Notes under the pieces: model-generated
What the model was told of the DNA's origin: nothing
Database searches by the model: none
What the model saw: only the letters and a program-made list of their open reading frames with translations
DNA from: a virus
Strand: one strand, 5' to 3'
Length of the DNA: 64,000 bases
Virus record (IMG/VR): IMGVR_UViG_3300020109_000011
Coordinates: 22,484 to 86,483 of that record
In this document: positions 46,238 to 54,969 of the stretch, piece by piece
How the letters are laid out: every line of letters starts with the position of its first letter
Numbering within the stretch: the first letter of the stretch is position 1
Made by a program: the position numbers and the translations under genes

Positions 46238-46651
46238 ATGGCACGCAACGGGCGAGGACGGCAGGTGCAGCGGCGGGGGACGCCTGCCGAGCGGGCCGAG
46301 CGGCGGGTGGGGTCCCTGGATCGGCTGGGGGTGCCGGGGTCGAGGGAGGCCTACGCCCATGCCCGGCAGGTCTGGGAGGACGCCAGGCGGGCGGTGGCGG
46401 CGAGGGCCGACCAGCTGGCGCTGGAGACGCAGCGGGATCCGACGGGGCAGGCGTTCAACGGCCAGGTGGACCTGGTGCTCGTGGCAGCGCTGGGGGCGCA
46501 CCTGGCCCGCTGCGAGGTCTGCTGGGTGCGCTGGGTCGATGGCTGGCGGCCCGGGGACATCCTCACCGGGGCAGTGCGGCGGCGACCGGCTGGACAGGTG
46601 CTGAGGGCGGCAGAGCTCGAAGCGAGGGCGAGGAGGGGGCGGGGCAAGTGA
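46238..46651 (+). CDS. Hypothetical protein
   Basis: GAGGGG RBS; H...C..C. Confidence 0.5.
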   Translation: MARNGRGRQVQRRGTPAERAERRVGSLDRLGVPGSREAYAHARQVWEDARRAVAARADQLALETQRDPTGQAFNGQVDLVLVAALGAHLARCEVCWVRWVDGWRPGDILTGAVRRRPAGQVLRAAELEARARRGRGK

Positions 46652-47031
46652 CGGAGATGGGCAACGCGGGGCAGGAGCGGGCCGAGGACGGCCTGGAGGG
46701 GGCTGGCGGGTATCCCGGTAACCCCCAGAGCGTCCTGGAGGCGCTGAGGGGGTCGGGCGTGCACGTCGAGACGGAGGTGCACGGGGCCCTGACGGTGGTG
46801 ACCGCCGGGCCCGTCCCCGAGGGCCTGCCGCTGGCGCCGCTGGTCGGGGTGACCGACTGGGGACCCTGGGCGCAGCACAACGTGCCGTGCCCGGTCTGCA
46901 AGGAGCGGCACGCGGTGGTCAACCTGGCGGGCTGGGTGTTCGGGCCCTGCGGCGAGTGTCGGCGGGAGGGCTGGGAGCTCCGGCCGCCGGGGCGAAAGCG
47001 CTGGTGGGAGCGGTTGACACGGCGCCGTTGA
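46648..47031 (+). CDS. Zn-ribbon hypothetical protein
   Basis: HN.PCPVC...PC..C...GW; stop codon inside GTTGACA. Confidence 0.55.
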   Translation: MTEMGNAGQERAEDGLEGAGGYPGNPQSVLEALRGSGVHVETEVHGALTVVTAGPVPEGLPLAPLVGVTDWGPWAQHNVPCPVCKERHAVVNLAGWVFGPCGECRREGWELRPPGRKRWWERLTRRR

Positions 47032-47056
47032 CACCGGCTGCCATACTCGGAAGATG
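47011..47056 (+). promoter_or_regulatory. Family promoter GTTGACA-N7-GTTGACA-N8-CATACT-N6-ATG
   Basis: Read directly from the sequence. Confidence 0.75.
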
Positions 47057-47329
47057 CCGCCGAACGACGCACAGACCCATCCCCGTGCCGCCGATCCCGA
47101 GCTCCCCGAGTGGGCGCAGCGCGCGGTCGGGACCCTGGTGACCTGGCAGGAGACCGAGGGCGCCGATGAGACGCCCGCGCTGGTGCTGGGGGCCCGCTGG
47201 GCCCGGGACGTGGACGGCAAGCCGCTGATGGGCGGCTACGTGGCGGTCCAGTTCCTGCTGGAGCGCGTGGACGGGAGCTCACGCTGGTCGGCGCCGCAGC
47301 TGGCGCCCGAGGGCACGGTGCCCGCATGA
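47054..47329 (+). CDS. Hypothetical protein, leaderless
   Basis: ATG 6 nt after CATACT. Confidence 0.6.
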   Translation: MPPNDAQTHPRAADPELPEWAQRAVGTLVTWQETEGADETPALVLGARWARDVDGKPLMGGYVAVQFLLERVDGSSRWSAPQLAPEGTVPA

Positions 47330-47907
47330 AGGTCCGGGTCAACCAGGGCGGCACCACGCTGGCGCTGCTGGACGAGGAGACCGGGGTCTGGCGGACCACG
47401 CAGGGCCAGCCGCTGGAGGAGCGCTACGTGGCCAGCTGGACGCCGCTGGTGCCCGCCGAGCCGACGACCGACGCCGCCCCGGCACCTCGGCAGGGGCCCG
47501 AGCCCACCGACTGGTGGTGCGGCAACTGCGGCGCCAGCGGGGACATCCCGGCGCCGGAGGCCTGCCCGAACTGCGAGGTGGGGCGCATCCACGAGGGCAG
47601 CAACGCCGCGCGCGAGGCCGACGAGGTCAGCAAGCTGTGGGGGATGTGGCCGGTCCAGGAGGTCGCGGTGGTGGTCTTCGTGCGGTCGAGGGGCGCCGAC
47701 CGCGCTGACGCCCGCGACAGGGCCGTGGCGGCCGTGCAGCGGGCCGTGGCGCTGGGCAGCGAGAACTCCGGCCGCCTGGAGGTCATGCACCGGGGCCAGG
47801 TGGTGGCCGGGGGATCGTTCATCACCGTGGACGGCGTGAGCGAGCTCGGGCGAGCGGCGGGCAACGGCCTGATCACCGTGCAGCCGACCAGCCGGGGCTT
47901 CGAGTGA
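47326..47907 (+). CDS. Hypothetical protein with CxxC pair
   Basis: ATGA coupling; CGNCG...CPNC. Confidence 0.6.
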   Translation: MKVRVNQGGTTLALLDEETGVWRTTQGQPLEERYVASWTPLVPAEPTTDAAPAPRQGPEPTDWWCGNCGASGDIPAPEACPNCEVGRIHEGSNAAREADEVSKLWGMWPVQEVAVVVFVRSRGADRADARDRAVAAVQRAVALGSENSGRLEVMHRGQVVAGGSFITVDGVSELGRAAGNGLITVQPTSRGFE

Positions 47908-48440
47908 GCGGCGGCGAGCCGGGCTCGGTGGACCTGGACGAGGCGACCTTCGAGCTCGTGGGGCCCGTGGTCGGGGTGGCGCTCACGCTGCTGGAGATCC
48001 GCGAGAAGCTGGAGACCCTGGACGAGCTCGTGCGCGACGCGCGCCTGGACGATCCCCGCTGGGCGGCCGACCTGCGTGAGCGCATGAGCTCCGACCTAGG
48101 GGAGATGCTGGACCAGATGCGCCGCGAGGCGCGCAAGGTCGAGAAGTCCCTGGTCAGGCGCGTGTCAACCGCTGACCAGGAGGGCCCGGAGATGGGCCAC
48201 ACCTGGCGGTTCACCGTGCAGAGCAGGACCGCGAGCGGCACCTGGGACGAGGAGACGCAGCGCGCCACGGGTTACGCCGACGCCGAGGCGTTCACCGGGG
48301 TGCCCTGGAGCCTGGAGGTCCGGGGCTGGTCGCTGGTCGAGGGCCTGGAACGGGCTGTCCAGCTGGGCATGGGCGCCTGGCGCTGGCCCGACGGGCGGCG
48401 CCTGGACCACGACCCGGACGCCGAGGAGGGCCAGGAGTGA
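47904..48440 (+). CDS. Hypothetical protein
   Basis: GTGA coupling. Confidence 0.6.
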   Translation: MSGGEPGSVDLDEATFELVGPVVGVALTLLEIREKLETLDELVRDARLDDPRWAADLRERMSSDLGEMLDQMRREARKVEKSLVRRVSTADQEGPEMGHTWRFTVQSRTASGTWDEETQRATGYADAEAFTGVPWSLEVRGWSLVEGLERAVQLGMGAWRWPDGRRLDHDPDAEEGQE

Positions 48441-48856
48441 GCGCTGTGGAGCACCGCCGGGTCGGGCGGGGGAAGTGCTCGTGTGGCGAGGAGGCCCCGC
48501 TGGGGACCGACATCCACCGCTGGTGGGACGTGCACCTGCTGGGCGAGCGTCCCGAGGGCTGCCGGTCGGTGCACTGCCTGGGCATCGAGTGCATGAACGA
48601 GTGCGAGAGCTCGCACCGGCTGGCCATGTTCGCGGCCCGCTGCGCGGCGGCCGAGGGCGTGCCGGTTGACAGCGTGCGTGCCGTCGAGCTCCAGCCCGAG
48701 CCGCTGGCGGTGGACCCGGGCTGGGCGGCCGTGGACCAGCTGCTGGACGCCATCCAGATCCGCTGCCGCGAGGGCGACAAGCGCTCGGACTGGCTGCCGG
48801 TGATCGACCGGCTGGCCACCGAGGCGCGCGAGCGGCTGCGCAAGATGGTGCCGTGA
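48437..48856 (+). CDS. Hypothetical protein
   Basis: GTGA coupling; CSCG. Confidence 0.55.
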   Translation: MSAVEHRRVGRGKCSCGEEAPLGTDIHRWWDVHLLGERPEGCRSVHCLGIECMNECESSHRLAMFAARCAAAEGVPVDSVRAVELQPEPLAVDPGWAAVDQLLDAIQIRCREGDKRSDWLPVIDRLATEARERLRKMVP

Positions 48857-49183
48857 GGCGCGGGATCCTGGTCAGCGTGGAGTGCGGCCGGTGCGGCGAG
48901 GTCGTGCGGGGCCGCAGGCGGGGCTGGCGCACCCGGGCGGCCTGGCGCTGGCACCGGCTGCGCAGGCACGGCCAGCTGTCGGCGTGGAGCGCCTGGTGAG
49001 CGCCGTCTACGCCCCTACCGAGCCCGCCGATCTCCCGGCGGCCTACCAGGAGGCCGTGCAGGACTACCTGACCCGCCGCGAGACCGGCCAGCCCACCGGC
49101 CTGGCCCGGCTGCGGCAGCTGCACCCCGACCCTCTCTGCCACACCCCGGGCGAGGGCCGCTTCCCGTGCACGAGGTGCGGCGG

Positions 49184-49366
49184 GTGAGCCGGGGCAAGTG
49201 CAGCTTCCCGGCCAAGGAGGCGCTGACCCACGCCGAGGCCAAGGCGCGCGCGGGCAAGCTGAACCGGCTCCAGCCGCACTCCGGGCGCCTGGAGTCCTAC
49301 CGCTGCCCGGCGGGCGGGCACTGGCACGTCGGGCACCGCCGGGGCCGGAAGCGGCAGCGCTGGTGA
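49184..49366 (+). CDS. Small Cys/His protein
   Basis: YRCP...HWHVG motif common in actinophages. Confidence 0.55.
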   Translation: MSRGKCSFPAKEALTHAEAKARAGKLNRLQPHSGRLESYRCPAGGHWHVGHRRGRKRQRW

Positions 49367-49794
49367 GCACGCTGCTGTGCCCGGAGTGCGGCAGCGGCGG
49401 CGCGCACGAGGCCTGGTGCAGCTGGCGGCCGGAGTGCCTGGTGTTCTGGGGCAGCCACGGCTGCTCCCTGCCCAAGGGCCACGACGACCCCGAGCGGCAC
49501 GTCTGCGGGCACGACGACCCCGACGGGCCGTGCAGCAAGATCGAGCGCGAGTTGGACGAGGTCACCGGCACCGAGGTCTGGGTCTGGCGGTTCGCCGACT
49601 ACGACATCGCTGAGGACCGCGACACCTGGGGCGACGACGCCTTCACGGTGGCGCCGTTCGGCGAGGACGTGCCCGAGAAGTACCAGGTCACCGCCGAGGA
49701 GGAGCAGGCCCTGCGCGAGGCCTGGCGGGCGGCCGGGAAGGTGGCCACCTGGGTGGAGGGCTCCGGCTGGGTCAAGCTGACCCCCGGTGGTTGA
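49363..49794 (+). CDS. Cys/His-rich hypothetical protein
   Basis: WGSHGC.L..GH....H.C; stop codon inside GTTGACA. Confidence 0.6.
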   Translation: MSTLLCPECGSGGAHEAWCSWRPECLVFWGSHGCSLPKGHDDPERHVCGHDDPDGPCSKIERELDEVTGTEVWVWRFADYDIAEDRDTWGDDAFTVAPFGEDVPEKYQVTAEEEQALREAWRAAGKVATWVEGSGWVKLTPGG

Positions 49795-49820
49795 CACACC
49801 TGGGCCATACTCGCCGTGTG
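49788..49820 (+). promoter_or_regulatory. Family promoter TTGACA-N9-CATACT-N6-GTG
   Basis: Read directly from the sequence. Confidence 0.65.
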
Positions 49821-49970
49821 CCCCGGACCCAAGACGCCGGTAGACGGCGCAAGACCGGCCGCCGCCGACGCTGGCGGTGGGCCGAGCGGGACACCTACCT
49901 TGCCCTGTTCTGGCTGGGGGTCGGCTTCGCCGCCGGGGCCTGGCACGTCTCCCACGGAGGTACCTGGTGA
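49818..49970 (+). CDS. Leaderless 50-aa basic/TM peptide (not in ORF track)
   Basis: MPRTQDAGRRRKTGRRRRWRWAERDTYLALFWLGVGFAAGAWHVSHGGTW. Confidence 0.5.
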   Translation: MPRTQDAGRRRKTGRRRRWRWAERDTYLALFWLGVGFAAGAWHVSHGGTW

Positions 49971-49972
49971 CC

Positions 49973-50356
49973 ATGAGCTCCAGCCCGCTGACCGGGCCGC
50001 TCTCCGTCCAGAACACCGGCCACGGCCACGTTCGTCCCCGGCCGGACAACGTGAAGGCGCGCTGCGGCGGCCCGGCGGTGTGCTCGGTCTGCCAGCGCGA
50101 GCAGGCCGAGCTCACCGGCAGCCTGAAGCTGCGCGAGGGCGACCAGCCGCTGCCCACCCCGCACGGGGACGCCGTGACCGACATCCAGACCCTGGTCATC
50201 GCCGACATCACCGCCCGCCGGGAGGTGGGCATCTCCCGGTACGGCACCGCGCTCCAGCCGCACAACGGCCGCGACGCCTTGCGGGACGCCTACGAGGAGG
50301 CCATCGACCTGGCCATGTACCTGAAGCAGCTGCTGGTGGAGCGCGACGGTGCCTGA
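49973..50356 (+). CDS. Conserved phage protein, possible all-alpha NTP pyrophosphatase fold
   Basis: R..VG..RYGT.L...NGRD...DAYEE..D...Y. Confidence 0.55.
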   Translation: MSSSPLTGPLSVQNTGHGHVRPRPDNVKARCGGPAVCSVCQREQAELTGSLKLREGDQPLPTPHGDAVTDIQTLVIADITARREVGISRYGTALQPHNGRDALRDAYEEAIDLAMYLKQLLVERDGA

Positions 50357-50777
50357 CGCCGAGCACGCCGTGCCCGACGGCTGGGAGGGCTGCGGCTGGC
50401 ACGGCTGTCGGCTGTGCTACCCCGACCCGATGCCCGACGGCGGGCCCTGCCCGCTGTGCGGCAGGCAGGTTGCGCGCGTGCTGCTGGACGGGCACCTGGC
50501 CGTGCACGAGCTCCGGGGCGACCAGCTGACCGGACCGCAGCGGGTGCGCGCCGCCATCGCCCGGGACCGGGGGCAGGTCGCGCCGCAGCGGCCGGTCACG
50601 CTGTGCGGGCCCGACCGTCCGGCCCCCGGGGGCTACGGCGACAACCGGCTGGACTGGGCGGGCCTGTCCTGGCGGCGCCTGCGGGGCTGGTTCCGGGACA
50701 GCCAGTGCCTGGCCCGCTGCGACGAGGGGCACACCTACGGCCGCTGGTGCCTGCTGGGACCGAGGAGGACGCGATGA
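50349..50777 (+). CDS. Hypothetical protein
   Basis: Coupled ORF; Cys motifs. Confidence 0.45.
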   Translation: MPDAEHAVPDGWEGCGWHGCRLCYPDPMPDGGPCPLCGRQVARVLLDGHLAVHELRGDQLTGPQRVRAAIARDRGQVAPQRPVTLCGPDRPAPGGYGDNRLDWAGLSWRRLRGWFRDSQCLARCDEGHTYGRWCLLGPRRTR

Positions 50778-51196
50778 CCAACGAGGCCAACCGGCGACCC
50801 ACCGGGGACTACCGGCCGCGCGCCCTGATCGACTTCGACGGGGTGATCCACGCCTACGGCAGGGGCTGGCACGACGGCACCGCCTACGACGGGCCGATCC
50901 CCGGCGCCCAGAGCGCGCTGGACCAGCTGACCGAGGCGGGCTGGGAGGTGGTGATCTTCTCGACCCGCGATGCCGAGCAGATCCGCCAGTGGCTGGTCCA
51001 GCACGGCTTCCCCGCCTACCGGGTGACCAACGTCAAGGAGCCCGCCCAGTTCCTGCTGGACGACCGCGCGATCCGCTTCGAGCGCTGGAGCCAGGCGATG
51101 GCCGACATCCGCCGCCAGTACCCGATGACCACCGCCGACGCCGCCGAGGCGCGCCGGATCCACGGCTTCGCCGGGCCGCCGGTCCTGAACCGCTGA
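50774..51196 (+). CDS. HAD-superfamily phosphatase-like protein
   Basis: IDFDGVI motif I; FSTR; K.PA...LDDRA. Confidence 0.75.
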   Translation: MTNEANRRPTGDYRPRALIDFDGVIHAYGRGWHDGTAYDGPIPGAQSALDQLTEAGWEVVIFSTRDAEQIRQWLVQHGFPAYRVTNVKEPAQFLLDDRAIRFERWSQAMADIRRQYPMTTADAAEARRIHGFAGPPVLNR

Positions 51197-51345
51197 TGCG
51201 CTGGTGGAGGCGCTGGCGGGCCCAGCGGGAGTGCTTCCACCACGACCACACCCGGGGCATCTCGTGGATCCGGAGCGAGCTCATCGACCTGGGACGGCGC
51301 AAGATGTTCTGGTGCGCGGTCTGCGACCGCACCTGGTTCACCTGA
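51196..51345 (+). CDS. Small hypothetical protein
   Basis: TGATG coupling; C.H...C..C. Confidence 0.45.
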   Translation: MRWWRRWRAQRECFHHDHTRGISWIRSELIDLGRRKMFWCAVCDRTWFT

Positions 51346-51354
51346 GGAGACCCC

Positions 51355-51849
51355 GTGGCTGAAGCCTCCGGCATGGCCGGGAAGTACCCCGTGTCAACCG
51401 GCGGTCCCGAGGACATCCAGACCGCCTGGAAGATCCTGGCCGGGGGCGCGCCCGTGGCGGCTGCCTCGCTGGTGGACATCGCCGAGAACGGGAAGTCCGA
51501 GATGGCCCGGGTGACGGCCAGCATGGCCGTGCTGGACCGGGTGGGCCTGGCCACGCCGAAGGAGCGCCCCTCGGTCACCTTCGCGGTCATCCCGAAGGAG
51601 GCCCAGGAGTACGGGATCACCCAGCAGATCTCGGCCGCCGAGGTGATCCGGGACCGCCTGAAGGCCCTGGGCGCCGCCGTGCCGGGAGGCGGCAACTCCC
51701 ACCCGCACGTCCAGCCGCAGACGCAGACACCGCCGCTGGCCGAGGTCCCGGCCGGGGACCCGTCCTGGGCGTCCGACGACAGCGACATCGTGGACGCCCA
51801 GATCGTGGACGACGACGGCGACTGGGACGACGGCAACCCGTGGGGCTGA
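51355..51849 (+). CDS. Hypothetical protein, possibly terminase small subunit-like
   Basis: AP.AA..LV.IA....SE.ARV.A...VLDR.GL; GAGGAG RBS. Confidence 0.45.
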   Translation: MAEASGMAGKYPVSTGGPEDIQTAWKILAGGAPVAAASLVDIAENGKSEMARVTASMAVLDRVGLATPKERPSVTFAVIPKEAQEYGITQQISAAEVIRDRLKALGAAVPGGGNSHPHVQPQTQTPPLAEVPAGDPSWASDDSDIVDAQIVDDDGDWDDGNPWG

Positions 51850-51943
51850 TCCTGGCCTTCCTGGCCGTGGCCGCGCTGGCTGGCCTGCTGGGCTTCTGGT
51901 GCGCGCTGGCGCTGCCCTGCCCGCACTGCGGGCGGCTGCGCTG

Positions 51944-52156
51944 ATGGACCTGATCCAGGGCTTCTGGCTGTTCCTGTGGGCGGTCACGGTCCTGCTGGCC
52001 GCCTTCGCCGGGTACGGGGCGGGCTGGGCAGTCGGCTGGCGCCGTGGCGCGCGCTGGCGGGACAGCCGCCCCTGGGACGGCGTGGAGCGGCGCGGTGCGC
52101 CCCGGCTGCCGCTGGACCCTCCGGCACCCCGGCAACGGCGGCACGGTGGCTCGTAG
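51944..52156 (+). CDS. Small membrane protein
   Basis: N-terminal TM helix. Confidence 0.5.
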   Translation: MDLIQGFWLFLWAVTVLLAAFAGYGAGWAVGWRRGARWRDSRPWDGVERRGAPRLPLDPPAPRQRRHGGS

Positions 52157-52165
52157 GGTCGGGAC

Positions 52166-52561
52166 GTGGACTTCACCTGGACCGGAGCGGACTGGCTGGT
52201 CGCGCTGCTGCTGTGCTGGCTGGCGCTGGGGATCGGCTTCGTCATGGGCTGGGCCGGGCGGGTGTCCTTCGAGCGGCACCACCGGGGCAGCGTCCCCGTG
52301 GAGGCTGCTCCCGCGCCGAAGACTGCGCCCTCCCCTACCCCGCACACCCAGAAGATCGACTTCAGCCAGGCGCCCCCGCCTGTGTCAACCGCCGGGCACC
52401 CGCTGCGCCGGGCCAGCGACCGCCCGGGCGGCCCGGAGCCCGAGGTCCGGCCCGGGGGCCGACGCCGGTCCGACGCCCCCGCGATGACCCGGGCCGAGGC
52501 GCGCAGGCTGCGGGAGCAGGGCTATCCGGACCCGGACACAGAACGGCCCCGCCAGCCGTAG
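52166..52561 (+). CDS. Membrane-anchored Pro/Arg-rich protein
   Basis: N-terminal TM helix. Confidence 0.5.
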   Translation: MDFTWTGADWLVALLLCWLALGIGFVMGWAGRVSFERHHRGSVPVEAAPAPKTAPSPTPHTQKIDFSQAPPPVSTAGHPLRRASDRPGGPEPEVRPGGRRRSDAPAMTRAEARRLREQGYPDPDTERPRQP

Positions 52562-52647
52562 CCAGCGGGGCCGTCTCGCGGGGGCTACCCCTGTGGGGCG
52601 CTTGGGCCGCGTGCATCCCTGATGCGGGGAGGCTACGCGCGCCGGGG

Positions 52648-53145
52648 TCACCAGGTGAAGACCTCCCGGATGAGCGCCACGATCCGGTCCAGCAGGGCCT
52701 GGAGCGAGCTCACAGCCTGCCCGGCGGGGGCAGCGTCGAGGACGGGGGCGCTGGCGGGCTGGGGAGCAGGCCGCACGGGCGCTGCCGTGGCGGACGGCTG
52801 GGCGCCCACCGGAGCCTGCTGCGCAACGGGCGCCTGCGGGGCGGGCTGCGGCGCGGGAGCAGGTGCACTCGGGGTCTCCTCGGGCTGGGGCCCCCAGATG
52901 ATCTCGGCCGGGCCGCACACGTCAGGGTCCACCGAGATGATGACCTCGGCCGGGTCGGGGCACCGGTAGGAGCCGATCCGCTCCTCGGGCAGCTGGACGG
53001 CCACGCAGCCGAACTCGCCCTGGAACTCCTCGCCGGGAGCGCAGGTCGGCTCGCTGGGGCCGTCGGCCAGCGCGGGGCTGGCGGTGAGCAGGACCGCGCC
53101 AGCGGCGGTCACCGTGATGAGCGCTCGGAGCGCGGTCTTCGTCAT
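52648..53145 (-). CDS. Secreted Pro-rich protein, leaderless (MTKT)
   Basis: Signal peptide ending SPALA; four Cys; ATGACGAAGAC start. Confidence 0.7.
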   Translation of the reverse strand: MTKTALRALITVTAAGAVLLTASPALADGPSEPTCAPGEEFQGEFGCVAVQLPEERIGSYRCPDPAEVIISVDPDVCGPAEIIWGPQPEETPSAPAPAPQPAPQAPVAQQAPVGAQPSATAAPVRPAPQPASAPVLDAAPAGQAVSSLQALLDRIVALIREVFTW

Positions 53146-53172
53146 GCACCCAGTATCGTCACATTTGTCAAC
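53135..53172 (-). promoter_or_regulatory. Cassette variant TTGACA-N8-GATACT-N6-ATGACGAAGAC
   Basis: One mismatch to the MTQT 11-mer. Confidence 0.8.
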
Positions 53173-53245
53173 AAACTTGAGCGGCGCGCCGAAGAAATGT
53201 CTCTGGGCCGTGGTAGTCCACCCCTCCGGGTGACCCCGGGCACGA

Positions 53246-53280
53246 CGAAGGCCCGCTCCCCGGAGGGGAACGGGCCTTCG
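53246..53280. terminator. Hairpin terminator
   Basis: CGAAGGCCCG...CGGGCCTTCG inverted repeat. Confidence 0.7.
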
Positions 53281-53310
53281 CGGCTGCCTGAGGATGCGAG
53301 CCCGGCCAGG

Positions 53311-53502
53311 CTACCCGAGCAGCGTGCGGGCGTCGGCCACCTCGGTGCCCAGGGCCTCCAGCTGGTCAGGGTCGATCAGGAAGTCCTGGCCGCCGATGCA
53401 GAGCCGGAACGCGGTCCAGCCCTCCTGCGGGTCGTAGGTGATCTCGGGGTTCTCCCCGCTGTCCCGGATGTCGGTGGTCGGGTGGTCCGGCTCGTCGGCC
53501 AT
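53311..53502 (-). CDS. Small acidic protein
   Basis: GGAGG RBS; TGATG coupling. Confidence 0.55.
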   Translation of the reverse strand: MADEPDHPTTDIRDSGENPEITYDPQEGWTAFRLCIGGQDFLIDPDQLEALGTEVADARTLLG

Positions 53503-53723
53503 CACGCCTCCACGCTCACGATCCGGACCTCGGTCACCATCGGCCCCAGCCGGTGCCAGCACATCCAGGCGGCCAGGTTGCGGGCCTCGTTCTCGACGCG
53601 GCTCCAGCCCGGGCGGTCCTCGACCGCGACCCGGACGTGGTGGGTCCGGGTGTTGGCCGGGGTGGGCGGGCGCTGGCGCGCCACGTCCACCTCCAGGTCG
53701 AAGATCAGCTGCTGGGCCATCAC
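53502..53723 (-). CDS. Hypothetical protein
   Basis: Coupled ORF. Confidence 0.55.
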   Translation of the reverse strand: MMAQQLIFDLEVDVARQRPPTPANTRTHHVRVAVEDRPGWSRVENEARNLAAWMCWHRLGPMVTEVRIVSVEA

Positions 53724-54493
53724 AGGGTCCTCTCGGCGGGCGGGGAGCCCAGGAGCTCGGGGCGGTCGTTCTCGTCGGCGGCCTCGTCCAGCACCTCCAC
53801 GTCGGTGTCAACCGGCACGGCCGGGAGCTCGACCAGGGTCCGGGTCTCCCCCGCCTCGATGCCCAGCCGGGTGGCCTCGGCCTGGACCATCGCCTCGATG
53901 TCGGCGCGGGCCTTCTGCACGACGTTCTCGGTGTGCTCGACCAGCGTCTTCGCCGCGTGGTGGATGTTGGGCGCGGAGTTCTCGATGGCGTAGTGCAGCG
54001 CGCGCAGCGCCTCGTTGCGCACCTTGGCGGGCGCCTTGTCGGTCAGCGCCTTCTCGTAGGCGTCGCGCGCCTCGCGGATCTTCACGAAGGCCGCCGCCGC
54101 CGCGCCCTTGACCTCGCCCATCGAGTGCGCGAGCCGGGGCGCGTACTCCACGCCGGGGACGTTCCAGTCGGTCTCGGTGCGCCGGATGGTGCACGGGACC
54201 CCGGAGGTGTTCATGGACGAGACGAAGCTGGCCCACTGGGCCTCGCTCATCTCGACCTCGATCAGGTCCGGCCCGGAGCCGTGGATGTAGTCGTGGCTGC
54301 CCTCCCGCGAGCGGGTGGCGCGCTGGACGGTGACCCGCACGGTGCGGCCGTGCTTGATGTCGCTGTCGAACAGGACGACCCCCGGGGTGGCCGAGACCCG
54401 GTGCGCCACGATGCTGCCCCAGGCGGGGTGCTCCTCGGAGCCGTACTCGGTCTTGGTCGGGGGCTGCGGGGCGTGCCAGACGGTGTCGCGCAT
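53720..54493 (-). CDS. Conserved phage hypothetical protein
   Basis: HPAWG...RV....LFDS...H...LIEVEMSEAQWA.FVSS.N..GVPCT; GAGGAG RBS. Confidence 0.75.
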   Translation of the reverse strand: MRDTVWHAPQPPTKTEYGSEEHPAWGSIVAHRVSATPGVVLFDSDIKHGRTVRVTVQRATRSREGSHDYIHGSGPDLIEVEMSEAQWASFVSSMNTSGVPCTIRRTETDWNVPGVEYAPRLAHSMGEVKGAAAAAFVKIREARDAYEKALTDKAPAKVRNEALRALHYAIENSAPNIHHAAKTLVEHTENVVQKARADIEAMVQAEATRLGIEAGETRTLVELPAVPVDTDVEVLDEAADENDRPELLGSPPAERTL

Positions 54494-54562
54494 GGGGGTT
54501 CTCCTCAGGCTGTGGAAAGGGCTGTGGGCCCGGCCCCGAAGGGCCGGGCCGGTTGACAGGGG

Positions 54563-54739
54563 TCAGCCGTTCAGGCGCTCGGCCAGGTAGACCGCGTCGC
54601 CCTCGAAGCTGCCGAGGACGAAGGCCAGGCGCCCGGCGGGGATGAGCTCCACGCCTGCGGGGGTCTGCACGGCGGGGCCCTGCTCCTGGGCTGCGAGCAG
54701 CTGGGCGGGGGTGACCGGGGTGGTGAGCGTCTGCGTCAT
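54563..54739 (-). CDS. MTQT-start 58-aa protein
   Basis: Leaderless start; followed by a hairpin at 54527-54550. Confidence 0.65.
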   Translation of the reverse strand: MTQTLTTPVTPAQLLAAQEQGPAVQTPAGVELIPAGRLAFVLGSFEGDAVYLAERLNG

Positions 54740-54775
54740 GGGCCAAGTATGCATGGCCGTGTCAACAGTGTCAAC
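54729..54775 (-). promoter_or_regulatory. MTQT cassette 6: TTGACA-CTG-TTGACA-N8-CATACT-N6-ATGACGCAGAC
   Basis: Read directly from the sequence. Confidence 0.85.
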
Positions 54776-54797
54776 AAGACACGCCCGGGACACACCA

Positions 54798-54948
54798 CGG
54801 GCCCGGCTACCGAGGCTTGAACGCCTTGGGCCGGGCCCGGGTGCTGCGGTGCGGGAAGCGTGGCCGAACGTCCCCGGATCCGTGCGTGTGACCAGCGCGC
54901 CGGTCACGCCCGTAGGTGGGGTGGAAGGCCAGTGGCCCCTGCTGCCGC
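54798..54948 (-). ncRNA. Candidate structured non-coding RNA
   Basis: Family promoter at 54955-54974 with no start codon at +1; several stems; terminal 10-bp hairpin. Confidence 0.4.
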
Positions 54949-54969
54949 GAGCTCAGTATGGCAACCGTG

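Noticed and set aside
54798-54840. tRNA gene (GTTCAA T-loop-like sequence)
   Set aside because: No cloverleaf with D and anticodon arms or an acceptor stem could be built; kept only as an ncRNA candidate.
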